Source of the DNA: Vibrio campbellii CAIM 519 = NBRC 15631 = ATCC 25920
Lineage (GTDB): Bacteria > Pseudomonadota > Gammaproteobacteria > Enterobacterales > Vibrionaceae
NCBI RefSeq assembly: GCF_002163755.1
Contig: NZ_CP015864.1
Span: forward strand, 1 to 64,000
Length of the DNA: 64,000 nt
Direction of reading: 5' to 3'
The number at the start of each line of letters is the position of its first letter. Within the stretch, counting starts at the first letter, position 1. The translations under genes and the position numbers were made by a program. Shown here one piece after another: positions 39,898 through 49,591 of the stretch. Below the pieces are notes generated by a model. That model was given only the letters and a program-made list of their open reading frames with translations, ran no database searches and was not told the DNA's origin.

Positions 39898-42156
39898 ATG
39901 GTTAATGATGTAAACTTCACCTTTGATGTGTCTGGGTTCTCAGGTGCATTTAAAGTCGAAAGCTTCCGGATTACGGAAACAGTCTCTTCTCCCTTTGAAA
40001 TGAACTTGACGGTGTTGTCCGACGACGATGCCATCACGTTTGAAGCCTTAAGTCGAAAAATGGGCGTCCTGAGCCTGTTCGGTCAAGGTGTAGGAACGGC
40101 TCGCCAGTTTAACGGCAGTATCTCTGAGCTTCGTTACTTAGGCTCTGGCCGCCGCTTCTCGCGTTATCATATTACCTTGGTTCCACACCTCTGGTTTCTC
40201 ACTCAGCGTCAGGACTGTCGTATCTTTCAGATGCAAGCGGCGCCTGACATTATTCGTCAGGTTTTTGATGATGCAGGCATGAGCGATTACCGCTTTGAGC
40301 TGTCAGCGCAATATGAGGCGAAAGAGTACGTTCTTCAATACCGAGAGAACGACCAGCATTTTGTGCAGCGATTAATGGCAGAGCATGGCCTCTGGTATTA
40401 TTTCGAACATAACGAAGCTGAACATACCATGGTCATCGTCGATAGCAACGATGCGATACCAGAGCTTATCAGTTCACCTACTAATGCTTCTTACCTAGGG
40501 CCAGTGATTTATCATGCCCAAGGTGGTGGCACGCCAGATCGAGAACACATCTTCGACCTCGAACAAACGCATCGTACTCGCACTGGCATCGTCAGCTATG
40601 GCGATTACAACTACCTCACGCCGAAAATCCCACAAGGAAAAAGCGCTGATGAAGGCCCGAACTTTGATTTGCAGCGCTACGACTATCTTGGTCGTTACAC
40701 AACGCCAGAATTAGGTCAGCAGCGTGTAACAGAGTGGATGTCCGAATACACGGTGGACAGCCATCAGATTGAAGCTGCGAGCGATATCATGCGTCTCACC
40801 GCAGGCTACAGCTTCGATATCAGCCAGCACCCTCGTTTAGGCATCAACCGTGATTACCTCATGTTGACGGTGATGCACACTGGCTTTAACCCTCGTGTGC
40901 ACGAAGAAGAATCGAGCGATGAGCCTACAACTTATCACAATCAGTTTGTCTGCTTACCACGAGATGTGACATTCCGTGCGCCTAAAATGGCGTCACCTAT
41001 CGTTGATGGCCCTCAAACTGCGGTTGTGGTCGGCCCTGCGGGTGAAGAAATCTACACCGATGAATATGGACGCATCAAAGTTCAGTTCCATTGGGATCGC
41101 TATGCGCAAAGTGATGAGCATAGTTCATGTTGGCTACGTGTCAGTCAATCAATGGCAGCACCCAACTGGGGCGCAGTGTATTTACCTCGCATTGGTCATG
41201 AAGTGATTGTGACCTTCCTAGAGGGTGACCCAGACCGCCCGTTAGTGACGGGGGCGGTGTACAACGGTTTACATACGCCGCCATACCCATTACCAGAAAA
41301 CAAAACACGTACCGTTTTTAGAACCCAAAGCCATAAGGCTGAAGGTTATAACGAAATGTATTTTGAGGATGAGAGTGACCAAGAAGAGGTTCACTTCCGC
41401 GCTCAAAAAGACATGAAGACCAAAGTGCTCAATAACCGTTATCGAGACATCGGTAATGATGAAGAACTAAAGGTCGGCAACAATCAAGAAAACAACATCT
41501 TAGGCGACCGTAAAGAAGTCATTGATGGGCATAAAACCTCCATCACCAAGCAAACCTTTATGGAGCAGGTAGAGAAAGATGTTCACGTTACTTACAACGC
41601 GAATGAATCCGAGAAAATAGCCAACAACCGAGATTTATACATCGACGAAAATCGTCAAACTTTGATTGGTAAAGACGATTCACTGGATGTAGGGCAAGAC
41701 CAAAACACGGTAATCATGGCATCGCGCTCTATTGATGTGGGGGCTGACGATACACATAGTATTGGCAATAACCTCAGTGTCGAAGTCAACGGCAATACCT
41801 CTATCCGCTCTGATGGCGAAACCGCGGTGGTCTCAGCGGATGAAATCAAGGTCCTCGTCGGCGCATCCAGCTTAGTGCTAAAGAGCAGCGGCAACATCCA
41901 TTTAAACGGCACCTCCATTACGATTGATGGTGCGAGTAGTGTCACCGCAACGGGTGGAAAAGTAGACATCAATCCGGGCGGCGCGGCAAACGGTAATAAC
42001 AGGGTTTCTACAAGAAGACCAAGAAAACCATCGCTGGCGATGAAACCGATGCCTGTGATGTCACCCGCGGCGTATGCCGGATTGGTTGAGGAAGGCAGTT
42101 TACTACAAGAAATTTGTGATTGTGGGAGTGGAAGAACATGCCAATTACACAGCTAA
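39898..42156 (+). CDS. vgrG: Type VI secretion system spike protein VgrG
   Basis: 752 aa. N-terminal gp27-like and central gp5-like regions (FRITETVSSPFEMNLTVLSDD; YFEDESDQEEVHFRAQKDM). Short C-terminal tail. No hcp or core T6SS genes nearby. Confidence 0.9.
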   Translation: MVNDVNFTFDVSGFSGAFKVESFRITETVSSPFEMNLTVLSDDDAITFEALSRKMGVLSLFGQGVGTARQFNGSISELRYLGSGRRFSRYHITLVPHLWFLTQRQDCRIFQMQAAPDIIRQVFDDAGMSDYRFELSAQYEAKEYVLQYRENDQHFVQRLMAEHGLWYYFEHNEAEHTMVIVDSNDAIPELISSPTNASYLGPVIYHAQGGGTPDREHIFDLEQTHRTRTGIVSYGDYNYLTPKIPQGKSADEGPNFDLQRYDYLGRYTTPELGQQRVTEWMSEYTVDSHQIEAASDIMRLTAGYSFDISQHPRLGINRDYLMLTVMHTGFNPRVHEEESSDEPTTYHNQFVCLPRDVTFRAPKMASPIVDGPQTAVVVGPAGEEIYTDEYGRIKVQFHWDRYAQSDEHSSCWLRVSQSMAAPNWGAVYLPRIGHEVIVTFLEGDPDRPLVTGAVYNGLHTPPYPLPENKTRTVFRTQSHKAEGYNEMYFEDESDQEEVHFRAQKDMKTKVLNNRYRDIGNDEELKVGNNQENNILGDRKEVIDGHKTSITKQTFMEQVEKDVHVTYNANESEKIANNRDLYIDENRQTLIGKDDSLDVGQDQNTVIMASRSIDVGADDTHSIGNNLSVEVNGNTSIRSDGETAVVSADEIKVLVGASSLVLKSSGNIHLNGTSITIDGASSVTATGGKVDINPGGAANGNNRVSTRRPRKPSLAMKPMPVMSPAAYAGLVEEGSLLQEICDCGSGRTCQLHS

Positions 42157-42731
42157 ACCCTGAATGGGATATTAAACTTATTCCACCATTATTCTCGTCG
42201 GGTGACGAAAAGCTTTACGTGCTGATTGAACCTACATTATGGCCTGAGTGGGAGGAATCGTTATCCGACTGTGAAGCTGTTCCACTTTTTGCTAAAACTC
42301 GATTCGCAGCCGTTGGTAATGGCCCTCTGTTAGTGGAAATTCTCGAGAAACAGAAGCTAGAGACTGTGCAAAACCACCTAGAAGCAACGCCTTCTGGCTG
42401 CCTTGTTGTTACCGCAAATTCGATAGATATAGAAAGTCTTGCCACATCTTTACGAAATCGTCTTTTTGTCCAGCATGGTCAAGCGCAAGCTATGATGCGG
42501 TTTTATGAGCCTCGTAAACTTGTCATGTTCATTGGTTCATTGAATTCGAACCAAAGGCAGCAGTTCTTCCCATTACTGACTCGAATCCAATGGTTTGACC
42601 GGCAGTGGTTGGGCGCTTCATGGCAAACACCAGAGAAGAGTCAGAATATTCCAGTGACTTGGGATCTAACGCCGTCACAAATACAAACCATGAACTTAAT
42701 CTCAGCCCATTGGCAAGGAGTGAGCGCCTAA
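42138..42731 (+). CDS. DUF4123-family T6SS effector adaptor/chaperone (Tap/Tec-like)
   Basis: Sits between vgrG and the putative effector, overlapping both. About 198 aa, which is typical size and position for DUF4123. Confidence 0.55.
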   Translation: MPITQLNPEWDIKLIPPLFSSGDEKLYVLIEPTLWPEWEESLSDCEAVPLFAKTRFAAVGNGPLLVEILEKQKLETVQNHLEATPSGCLVVTANSIDIESLATSLRNRLFVQHGQAQAMMRFYEPRKLVMFIGSLNSNQRQQFFPLLTRIQWFDRQWLGASWQTPEKSQNIPVTWDLTPSQIQTMNLISAHWQGVSA

Positions 42732-45205
42732 TGAGCAAAACTTACACCATCAACGCAGGCGATACTCTACTTAAAATCGCGATTGAGCAAGACGTGGACT
42801 TCACAACATTGCTTGAACTGAACCCCCAATACCAATCGAACCCTGACTTTATCCGTATCGGCGAGGCGCTCACGCTACCAGACGACACTCCGGTAGAAGT
42901 CGTTGAGCCCGAGCACCCTGTAGAGCCAGTTTCAGATATGCGAGAGCTGGCTTCGGACAGCCCCTTATTCGCACCCCCTCTCTGTCAACCTATTGATGTT
43001 CAAGATGTTATCTTCTTAACTGGGGACAGCCCTTTTGAGTATTGGTTATTAGATGAGAAAGCTGCCAAAGAACTTGAACAAGAAAGTCAAAATACGGACC
43101 TTCTTTTGGATAACTACAAGACACTACTAGAATCGGCGCCAAAAGGAGACGAGATCACTCGTGAGTCGATGGAAGCGCATGCACGGAAAAAAGAAGCTTG
43201 GCTTGCCGATGCAAACTATGCCGGGATGTTTGCAACAGAAGAGGTTCAGAATAATCCAGCAAGCCGACGAGCGGCACAAATAAGAGAAAGCCAGCCCCAA
43301 GTAAACCTCAATTCAAAGCGAGCGAGTTCATCCAAGAAATCGCTAGAAGAGCGTAAAGCGTTTGTTGAAAAGTACCACAAGACAACTTTCTTTGCTGAAG
43401 GCTCGACAGAGGCGTTAAGACAGCAAGTCCTCAAAAGTATTCAAAGCGAGATTGATTACTATCAGGGCTTAGAAGATCAGGCGGAAAGCAAAAAAACAAA
43501 TGAGACAGTTACAAAGGTTAGTCTCAATGGCAACACTGTCAAAAAGGAACTCAAAACACGTAAAGTAAAAACGCACGTTGCTGAAGTCTATTCTGTTAAA
43601 CAAGGCCGCTACGTATATGTACGCTCACACTTTCATGAGCGTGAGGAAAAACGCTGGCAACGTTCATATACGCATACAAATGCGATGAAGGCTCTTGAGC
43701 AAAAAGATTACAAAGGCTTTGGTAACGCCGTTGCTAAAGACATTAAACAGACAGAAAATGATCTTAAAATTACCACGCAGTTAGCGCAGTGGAAGGCAGA
43801 GGGTAATAAATGGGTTGAGTGGAAAGCGACTCAGGAATTATTGCAGTATGAAGGCAATGCCATTTTTGCCGTTAGCGCAGAGGCGCAGCTTTTTCGCTGG
43901 GGAGCTCAAGCTACCGCAGCCAGTAACTTTGAGCCAACGAAAGGTAAAATTGACATCGGTGTTGGTGCTGATGCAAGTGTATCGCTTGTAGAAGCCAAAG
44001 CAGAAGCGAACCTGTTTCTACCTTATGAAAGTGGTTTTGCTGCTCGGCTAAGCTATCGCGATGCTAATGGAGAGGACGCAACTTATTCATTTGGTTGTTT
44101 TCGGTTCAATGGGTCGGTAGGCATTGGATGCTTTGTCGGAATAGCAGCAGAAGGCGGAGGGAGTGCAGGCAACGGAAATGAAAACGGTGAAAGTGTCGGT
44201 GTCCTTTTCACTCCTCGAATTAACATGGCGAAATCCCCAAAGGGACAGGTGGGATTCAAAGTTCAAGGGTTTGCCGGAGGCAAAGTGAGCGGTCAGCTAA
44301 CCGGAGCAATAGAGTGGCAAGCTCCAGAGGGTGACAACTCCCGCTCATTCAATGCGCTTGCTAAGGTGAGTTTGGCCGGAAATATTGGCGCGGGAGGTGG
44401 TTTTGGTGCGGACTTTCAACTCGCCCTCACTGGCGGCAAATTCTATTTAATGTGCTCAGGCCAGCTGGTCTGGGGCGTAGGCGGCGGCGGCGGTTTTGGC
44501 GTACTTATTGATGGCGAGAAACTGTGGGAGCTGACCCTAACTATTTTAAAAGCCTTGCAATACGTCGATTACCGTTATCTCTATAATATAAATGAAGACG
44601 CATACAAGCACTTGCTCAACTCAACGTTGGTCGCGTTTGCTAGAGACTTGGTTGTTGACCCCCCTCAGACACTTGAAAAAGCGTTACTTGCAGGTGAAAC
44701 TCAGATAGAAACTTGGAAGCAAGATTTTGAAGATTGTGTGGACCGTAAAAGAAAAGCAAATGCGTTAGCTACACGCATTCTCGATGAATCGACGTTATCA
44801 GGCGTACCATTTGAACAACTCCTACCGGAAGCAGTCGGTATTATGCTCGATCTATTAGTTGAAGAGTTTTTGTTTAGTTTCAATGAGCAGCAAGAAAGTG
44901 CGATATATAAGTTGTTGAGAAAGAGTGCCTACAGCTGGCACAAGTTTGAAGAGATTTTGCAATGTATGAACCCTGCGGGTCAGGCTGTTTTAGGTGATAA
45001 AGTGATGTTTGATAACCTTGCTCGCATCAACGCTATATTGGATAACACGCAACAACATGATTTTAACTTGTGGGTCTCTCAACTAGCAGAAAAAGGTAAG
45101 AGTGATGCGACCGGTCAGCCTTATACACCGCTTAGTGGTGATGCGCTTACACGCAAGAGAGACCAAATCGCAGCTCGTGCCGATGAGTCTTTACCGTATA
45201 GATAG
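42731..45205 (+). CDS. Putative T6SS cargo effector: N-terminal LysM, central unknown domain, Gly-rich C-terminal region
   Basis: Real start is MSKTYTINAGDTLLKIAIEQDVDFTTLLELNP (LysM), overlapping the DUF4123 stop (TAATG). 824 aa. Gly-zipper-like segments GIGCFVGIAAEGGGSAGNG and GVGGGGGFGVLIDGE. Confidence 0.5.
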   Translation: MSKTYTINAGDTLLKIAIEQDVDFTTLLELNPQYQSNPDFIRIGEALTLPDDTPVEVVEPEHPVEPVSDMRELASDSPLFAPPLCQPIDVQDVIFLTGDSPFEYWLLDEKAAKELEQESQNTDLLLDNYKTLLESAPKGDEITRESMEAHARKKEAWLADANYAGMFATEEVQNNPASRRAAQIRESQPQVNLNSKRASSSKKSLEERKAFVEKYHKTTFFAEGSTEALRQQVLKSIQSEIDYYQGLEDQAESKKTNETVTKVSLNGNTVKKELKTRKVKTHVAEVYSVKQGRYVYVRSHFHEREEKRWQRSYTHTNAMKALEQKDYKGFGNAVAKDIKQTENDLKITTQLAQWKAEGNKWVEWKATQELLQYEGNAIFAVSAEAQLFRWGAQATAASNFEPTKGKIDIGVGADASVSLVEAKAEANLFLPYESGFAARLSYRDANGEDATYSFGCFRFNGSVGIGCFVGIAAEGGGSAGNGNENGESVGVLFTPRINMAKSPKGQVGFKVQGFAGGKVSGQLTGAIEWQAPEGDNSRSFNALAKVSLAGNIGAGGGFGADFQLALTGGKFYLMCSGQLVWGVGGGGGFGVLIDGEKLWELTLTILKALQYVDYRYLYNINEDAYKHLLNSTLVAFARDLVVDPPQTLEKALLAGETQIETWKQDFEDCVDRKRKANALATRILDESTLSGVPFEQLLPEAVGIMLDLLVEEFLFSFNEQQESAIYKLLRKSAYSWHKFEEILQCMNPAGQAVLGDKVMFDNLARINAILDNTQQHDFNLWVSQLAEKGKSDATGQPYTPLSGDALTRKRDQIAARADESLPYR

Positions 45206-45259
45206 TCGAGAACGAAAACAAGAGGCTAGGCTGCTATAGCCCAGCCCCTTACTGTTTAA

Positions 45260-46315
45260 TTACTTAGTTGGCATGGTTTGTTGAAGCGCGCAGCGAAAAC
45301 TCACCGACGGAAAATATCTCTCTTGAGTTGGAAGACTATGGATACGTGAAAAGACCATAGTCATTCCTCTTGCATCGCGAAGCACTTTTTCCGTGCCAGA
45401 GTCAGGGCCTTGCGGATTATGTTCCGGTGAATTCTGGTAATATGTTGGTGAGTACCAGTCATTGACCCATTCGCTTACCTGATTAGACATGCCTGCTATC
45501 CCTAACGGGTTTGGGGGATAGGAATCAACACTTTCGATATCTGTTGAGCTGTTGACTTCACTCTCTTTGTAATCCACGTTGCGACCCATTTCTGGATCGA
45601 AGTAATGAGAATTGTACATTTGACGGTAGCCAGTATTAGTCGCGAAATATACCTTTTCCCCGCGGCTTCTTGCCGCATATTCCCATTGTGCCTCCGTAGG
45701 TAAGTCAAACGGCAACGTACTGACATCGCTCAGCCATTGACAGTAATCTTTAGCTTCTTGCCAAGTCTTTGTTGCCGCTGCATTATTTTTGCGCTTTGTT
45801 ATTAATACTTCATAGCGTTTTGAGTCTCTTTCAACATGTGGCCCATTTTTAGACAAATCACGCGCAACAGGTAGGCCCGTAATTTGGCGCATCCACTCCA
45901 TATCAATAAAACGTGTCTCAAATTTTGCAATGGAGTACGAGTCCAATGTTACCTTGTGCAGGTTATAAGCCCCTGTTTCACCGCTGGATGGGTCACTCGA
46001 ACACTGCACGCCTGGAGACCAGTCAATACGGTTTGGTGTACGACTTGGTGGATCACAAGGAGCACCGAAATCGCCCATCTCAAAGCTCCCGCCTTCAACA
46101 AACACAAGTTCTTCAATAGCTCGAACTACGGTTTTTGCTGCTCTCAGCTTTTGCTCTTGAGTCGCCTCTGGGTAAAGCTTATTGATGTTCGACGTTATCG
46201 TATCGATTTGCTTTTGTGAGACGGTCTCGCTAGACACCTTAATTGCTGAACTTTCGCTGTTGCACGCAACCAATAAGGGAAGCACGCAAGCCATACCTAA
46301 CCATCTGTTTTTCAT
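45260..46315 (-). CDS. FGE/SUMF1 (formylglycine-generating enzyme) domain lipoprotein, copy 1
   Basis: Lipobox LLVAC. C-terminal FGE-sulfatase signature (GMSNQVSEWVNDWY ... RCA). Confidence 0.65.
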   Translation of the reverse strand: MKNRWLGMACVLPLLVACNSESSAIKVSSETVSQKQIDTITSNINKLYPEATQEQKLRAAKTVVRAIEELVFVEGGSFEMGDFGAPCDPPSRTPNRIDWSPGVQCSSDPSSGETGAYNLHKVTLDSYSIAKFETRFIDMEWMRQITGLPVARDLSKNGPHVERDSKRYEVLITKRKNNAAATKTWQEAKDYCQWLSDVSTLPFDLPTEAQWEYAARSRGEKVYFATNTGYRQMYNSHYFDPEMGRNVDYKESEVNSSTDIESVDSYPPNPLGIAGMSNQVSEWVNDWYSPTYYQNSPEHNPQGPDSGTEKVLRDARGMTMVFSRIHSLPTQERYFPSVSFRCALQQTMPTK

Positions 46316-46519
46316 TTGGTATTCCTTTTACTTTGTGGGCATATTTTACGCAAAAATAAAAGGAGAAAACAGTTTCAAAGCGAATGTATAACTAGTTATA
46401 ACGACTTCGTTCCTGTTTTTGGGGGATGTATTGTCTAGAAGCTGCGATACTTTGTTTTGGTTAGGTGTTGCCGGAAGGAAGTCTGCCAAGCTGATGTGAG
46501 TCTGGAACGCTTTGGGACA

Positions 46520-47575
46520 TTACTTAGCTGGCGTGGTTTGCTGAAGCGCGCAACGAAAGCTCACCGATGCAAAGTATCCTTCTAATTCAGGAAGATCATG
46601 GATACGTGAAAAGACCATGGTCGTTCCCGCAGCATCACGACGTACTTTTTCTGTACCTGACTCAGGACCTTGCGGATTATGCTCTGGTGAAACAAGATAA
46701 TAATCTTTAGCATACCAATCATTAACCCACTCACTTATTTGGTTAGACATGCCCGCCACACCTAGGGTGTTAGGAGGGTACGCATCCACATCTTCGATAC
46801 GCTTAGCTGCATTCACCTCTTCATCGGTATAATCAATATAACGACCTGAGGCCGGATCAAAGTAATCGCCTCCTTGGAGTTGGGCATAGCCATTATTGGT
46901 GGCGAAGTACACCTTTTCTCCACGATTTCTGGCGGCATACTCCCATTGTGCCTCTGTGGGCAGATCAAATGGCAAGGCGCTGACATCACCTAACCACTGG
47001 CAGTAGTCTTTCGCTTCCTGCCACTGCTTTGCTGAAGCGGCAGCCTTTTGTCTATCTTCTAGCAAGAATTTATATTTAACAGAGTCTCGAGGGATGTGAG
47101 TGCGATCTCTAGAGTCATCTTCTGCCACTGGCAGCTTATTGATCCATCGCATCCACTCCATATCGACAAAACGCGTTTCAAGTTTTGCAATAGAATACGA
47201 GTCTAAGGTTACCTTATTTAGATTATAAGCCCCTGTTTCACCGCTGGATGGGTTACTCAAACATTGTACATCCGGTGACCAATCCATACGATTTGGTGTA
47301 CGACTTGGTGGATCACAAGGAGCACCGAAATCGCCCATCTCAAAGCTCCCGCCTTCAACAAACACAAGTTCTTCAATAGCTCGAACTACGGTTTTGGCTG
47401 CTCTCAGCTTTTGCTCTGGAGTTGCCTCTGGATAAAGCTTATTGATGTTCGACACAATCGTATCGATTTGCTGTTGAGAGACGGTCTCGCTAGACACTGG
47501 GATTGCCGAACTTTCGCTATCACATGCAACCAATAAAGGAAGCACGCAAGCCATACCTAACCATCTGTTTTTCAT
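46520..47575 (-). CDS. FGE/SUMF1 domain lipoprotein, copy 2 (tandem paralog)
   Basis: Same architecture and length (351 aa) as copy 1. The N-terminal 100 aa are nearly identical. Confidence 0.65.
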   Translation of the reverse strand: MKNRWLGMACVLPLLVACDSESSAIPVSSETVSQQQIDTIVSNINKLYPEATPEQKLRAAKTVVRAIEELVFVEGGSFEMGDFGAPCDPPSRTPNRMDWSPDVQCLSNPSSGETGAYNLNKVTLDSYSIAKLETRFVDMEWMRWINKLPVAEDDSRDRTHIPRDSVKYKFLLEDRQKAAASAKQWQEAKDYCQWLGDVSALPFDLPTEAQWEYAARNRGEKVYFATNNGYAQLQGGDYFDPASGRYIDYTDEEVNAAKRIEDVDAYPPNTLGVAGMSNQISEWVNDWYAKDYYLVSPEHNPQGPESGTEKVRRDAAGTTMVFSRIHDLPELEGYFASVSFRCALQQTTPAK

Positions 47576-47762
47576 TTGGTATTCCTTTTACGTTATGCGC
47601 ATATTTTACGCAAAAATAAAAGGAGAGAACATTTTCAAAGCGACTGTATAACTAGTTATAACGTCGGTGTTCCTGTTTTTTGGCGAGGAGATTCCAAACG
47701 CGCTGGATAAAACAAAGCCGCTGAGATTATCAGCGGCTTTGTCGTTTTAATTCGGTATCTAA

Positions 47763-49328
47763 TTACTTAGCAGCTTGCGGACGTGGCTTGCGACGTTGTC
47801 CTGATGGCTTACCGTTTGAAGGCTTTGCGCCTGCTGGTTTGCCGCTGTTAGGCTTGCGATTACCTGATGGTTTGCCACCGTTACCGTTTTTATTTGCGCC
47901 CGGTTTGTTCGCTCCAGACTGGTTGCTATTCGGCTTGTTACCGCTTGGCTTGCCGTTTGAGCGAGCTTGGCCGTCACGGTTGCCTTTTGGCTTACCAGCG
48001 CCGCCTTTGCCTGATTTGTTTTCGCCCTTGCCATTTTTGTTGTCACTGTTGAAACGACGCTTTGGTTTGTTGTTACCGTCGCTGTTTTTCTTTTCAGCTG
48101 TTTGACCGTTTTCACCTTCTGCTTTTGGCTTCTTAGGCTTTTTCGGTTTCTTTGGCTTGATAGGGCGAGTATCAAGCTTCGACTCTGGCAATACGTTCGT
48201 TGGTGCGTAGCCTTCCAGTTCTTTACGAGGAAGCAGCTGTTGAATCAAACGTTCAATCGCAAACAGCTCTGATGCTTCAAGTGCGCACACTAGAGAAATC
48301 GCTTTACCCACTTCACCAGCACGACCAGTACGACCGATACGGTGAACGTAGTCTTCTGCCACTTTTGGCAGCTCAAAGTTAACCACTTGAGGAAGCTGAG
48401 GAATATCGATACCGCGTGCAGCAATGTCTGTTGCAACTAATACACGAACTTCGCCAGATTTAAAGTCAGCCAGTGCTTTAGTACGTGCGCCTTGGCTCTT
48501 GTTACCGTGAATCGCCGCTGCCGTGATCTTTTGGTCGATTAGGAACTTGGCTAAGCGGTTCGCGCCATGCTTGGTTTTGGTAAACACCAATACTTGTTTC
48601 CAGTCACCGTCTTTGATCAGTTTGACCAGCATTGGCGCTTTCTTCTTCACGTCTGCTGGGTAGATGCATTGTTCTACAGTGCGTGCTGTTGAGTTTGCAG
48701 GGTTTACTGAAATCTCAACCGGGTTGTTAACCAAACCTTTTGCAAGGTCGCGGATCTCGTTTGAGAACGTTGCTGAGAACAATAGGTTCTGGCGCTGTTT
48801 TGGAAGCAACTCTAGAATCTTACGAATGTCACGGATGAAGCCCATATCTAGCATGCGGTCTGCTTCGTCCAGTACTAGCATTTCTAGTTGGTCGAACTTC
48901 ACTGCGTTTTGGTTGTATAGGTCCATTAGACGACCTGGTGTTGCAACCAATACGTCCGCACCTTTACGTAGGCGAAGCATTTGTGGGTTGATCTTCACAC
49001 CACCAAATACCACTGCGCTTGTTAGAGGTAGGTGGCGGCTGTACATGAATACATTTTCTTGTACCTGCGCAGCAAGCTCACGTGTTGGGGTTAGCACCAA
49101 TGCGCGGATGTGGTTGCTGCGTACACGTGGTCCGTTCGACAGACGTTCAAGAATCGGAAGCGTAAAGCCTGCCGTTTTACCTGTACCAGTCTGTGCTGCT
49201 GCCATTACGTCTTTCCCTTCCAATACCGCAGGAATTGCTTGTGCCTGAATTGGCGAAGGGGTGTCGTAGCCTTTTTCCTGAATAGCTTTAAGGATTGGAG
49301 CAGATAGACCTAACGAGGTAAAACCCAT
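47763..49328 (-). CDS. rhlE: DEAD-box ATP-dependent RNA helicase (RhlE-like) with a basic Gly/Lys/Pro-rich C-terminal tail
   Basis: Q-motif, Walker [13 protein letters not shown] (VLDEAD), SAT and HRIGRTGR motifs. The low-complexity tail creates spurious overlapping ORFs. Confidence 0.85.
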   Translation of the reverse strand: MGFTSLGLSAPILKAIQEKGYDTPSPIQAQAIPAVLEGKDVMAAAQTGTGKTAGFTLPILERLSNGPRVRSNHIRALVLTPTRELAAQVQENVFMYSRHLPLTSAVVFGGVKINPQMLRLRKGADVLVATPGRLMDLYNQNAVKFDQLEMLVLDEADRMLDMGFIRDIRKILELLPKQRQNLLFSATFSNEIRDLAKGLVNNPVEISVNPANSTARTVEQCIYPADVKKKAPMLVKLIKDGDWKQVLVFTKTKHGANRLAKFLIDQKITAAAIHGNKSQGARTKALADFKSGEVRVLVATDIAARGIDIPQLPQVVNFELPKVAEDYVHRIGRTGRAGEVGKAISLVCALEASELFAIERLIQQLLPRKELEGYAPTNVLPESKLDTRPIKPKKPKKPKKPKAEGENGQTAEKKNSDGNNKPKRRFNSDNKNGKGENKSGKGGAGKPKGNRDGQARSNGKPSGNKPNSNQSGANKPGANKNGNGGKPSGNRKPNSGKPAGAKPSNGKPSGQRRKPRPQAAK

Positions 49329-49591
49329 ATGTATGATTCTCAATTGTCGAGTTGGATAAAAAGTCGTCGATTTTATGTTCGACGCGAAAAGTGCGACATT
49401 CTGAGGCTTTTAGGCGTTGGCTTCAACTATTTCCGTCATGGATAAATATTTGAGCTAGATCTCATTTTCAAATTGCTCAACGGAGGCAGGGCTCGGCACG
49501 CCGCTTTTTCATTCAAAAAGAGGAGGGAGCTTTGGTGATGTGCTCTGTATATTTGTCTTTTATATCAGCATTATCCGTATTTATTAGACCT

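Larger units (their letters stand above)
45245..47700. repeat. Tandem direct duplication (~1.26 kb x 2) carrying the two FGE-domain lipoprotein genes and their promoters
   Basis: Near-identical 5' UTR/promoter blocks at 46316-46420 and 47576-47690. The coding 5' and 3' ends are also near-identical. Confidence 0.8.

Noticed and set aside
47759-48175. 138-aa and 105-aa ORFs overlapping the 3' end of the helicase gene in other frames
   Set aside because: These are artefacts of the low-complexity Gly/Lys/Pro-coding tail of the DEAD-box helicase, with repetitive Ala/Thr/Pro translations.
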